NCBI GenBank assembly: GCA_964255285.1
Contig: CAXUUL010000002.1
Span: forward strand, 62,001 to 126,000
Direction: 5' to 3'
Length of the DNA: 64,000 nt
Source of the DNA: Ionaspis alba
Lineage: Eukaryota
Part shown: piece by piece, positions 62,661-64,000 of the stretch
How positions within the stretch are numbered: position 1 is the stretch's first letter
How the letters are laid out: every line of letters starts with the position of its first letter
Notes under the pieces: generated by a model
Databases searched by the model: none
Told to the model about the DNA's origin: nothing
The model's input: the letters and a program-made list of their open reading frames with translations, nothing else
Program-made: the position numbers and the translations under genes

Positions 62661-64000
62661 TCCCATCGATATGTGCTGTAAATTCACGTCGGTACTGGAA
62701 CTTCTGTCCGCAGTCGGATATCTTGCACATCCTGTACCCACATTGCTTGTGTTTCTCCATATGATCGAGGAAACCGACAGCACTTTTGAACACCACGTCG
62801 CAACCGTACGCCGTGAAAGGAGTGAAAGGATAGGCTACACCTATTGCAACGTAGGCGGTAACCCGCGATAATACTCGATCTTGAGCACTGCGCAATGCGG
62901 CCTTCAAACTGCATTGTTTGACGTGGTGATAGAATTTGGCGGGGGACGGCGGAGTTGCTCCGCAGGTCGAGCACGTAAGCTGGCCCTCCGGATGTAACAA
63001 ACTAGGTAAGTGGCAAGGTGGTGGGCCGGTGACGTAGGCGAAACACACGCATAAGCTCCAGACAGACTTCTACTTCTGACAGATCTCCGGATATATTGCG
63101 TTCGTAGAATCCGTCTGCCAAAGTAGCTCGCATGACAGGGTTGTCGCGACCACCGCCCTGTATCCTCCGTGATGCAAGTTTCCCTGTCCCGTATAGACGG
63201 CAACCACTGTTAAGATGAGATGCCACAGCAGATGACAAGATTGGTGTTGGGGTGTCTTCCTCCTCTGAGACATCCTCATCGGACTCAGAAGTGATCGAGT
63301 TCGGTTTGTTGAAGAGGTTGATCAATTCTTCTAGCTCGTCGCCGGCCCCTTCTGCCTCGGTGAGGGAAGCGTGAACAAACATGCTCTCGGGTACTTCATC
63401 TTCTTTAATGAACAACGACTCGTTCACTTGGAACAGACTCTCCGGATCTTGTGCTGAGGAATGTGAAGGAGGTGAAGCATCTGAAGGATTGAAGGGTATG
63501 AAGGATGTGAAGGACGTGAAGGATGCTCAAATGGTTCAGCATTGTTGCTGGTTGGGGCTGCAGTTCCCGTAGCATTGATCCAAGCCCGAACTTCCCTTTC
63601 ACATCGTTCTCTCACTAGCCTCGCTACCAGAGTACCCTTCTTTGCCTTGATAAACATGTAGCGAGCGTAGAGCTCTAGAGCGTCCCCCTCGGCAAGGTGG
63701 AGCTTCGGAGAATACCGAAGCAGCACGTCCAGCGTATCACACAACTCTTGCTGAAGGGCAATGATGGCTGGGTCGCGAGCACATTGTCCGAATCGAGCAA
63801 TTAATATATATATAGGTCTGGCATAAGTCGAACGAAGCGACACCCCCAACAAGAACGTTACATCCTCCACATCTAGACCCAGCCGTGTAAACTGTAGATG
63901 AAAAATCGAGACTGTTAAACAATGTGCAGAAAAGTTGTCCGAGTCGTTGACATGTCCTATTTGACTCCTTCTCTGGTCTGGGCTGACATGAGTGTCGAGG
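62660..64000 (-). mobile_element. Degenerate DUF3435-type tyrosine recombinase (Starship captain-like), 3' portion with C-terminal zinc fingers; continues beyond the window
   Basis: Frame from 63999: LDTHVSPDQRRSQIGHVNDSDNFSAHCL, resembling the D..VS...R...MGH...S..F..HY catalytic segment. A helical region, an acidic linker, RATLADGFY and Cys/His fingers (CSTC..FYHHVKQC; CDVVF..FLDHMEKH; CKISDCGQKF..FTAH) follow. Frameshifts near 63490 and 63045. Confidence 0.65.

Overview
Intron-rich eukaryotic DNA from a filamentous ascomycete (Pezizomycotina), judged from 45-80 nt GT-AG introns with CTRAC-type branch points and the gene content. About 20 genes can be rebuilt by hand-splicing. Core genes are eIF2-gamma, MAK11, EAF1/VID21, SPP2, ADE8, UTP13, SAD1 and CDC43. 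The others are a C2H2 transcription factor, a DUF3074-like protein, an arylsulfatase, a fucosyltransferase-like type II membrane protein, a Fet3-like multicopper oxidase and several unknown proteins. Most notable: (1) the multicopper oxidase needs a 55-nt AT-AC intron with U2-type signals to rebuild its copper site; (2) a three-gene accessory module (atypical Hsp70-like ATPase, head-to-head membrane protein, frameshifted SesA/HeLo-like gene) sits between housekeeping genes; (3) a tandem repeat in which every unit carries a complete intron lies upstream of a decaying orphan gene; (4) a degenerate DUF3435 (Starship captain-like) tyrosine recombinase runs off the right edge, next to a 101-bp tandem repeat and an assembly gap. 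All family assignments come from motif recognition by eye; no searches were run. Bases 1-6300 show no supportable gene.
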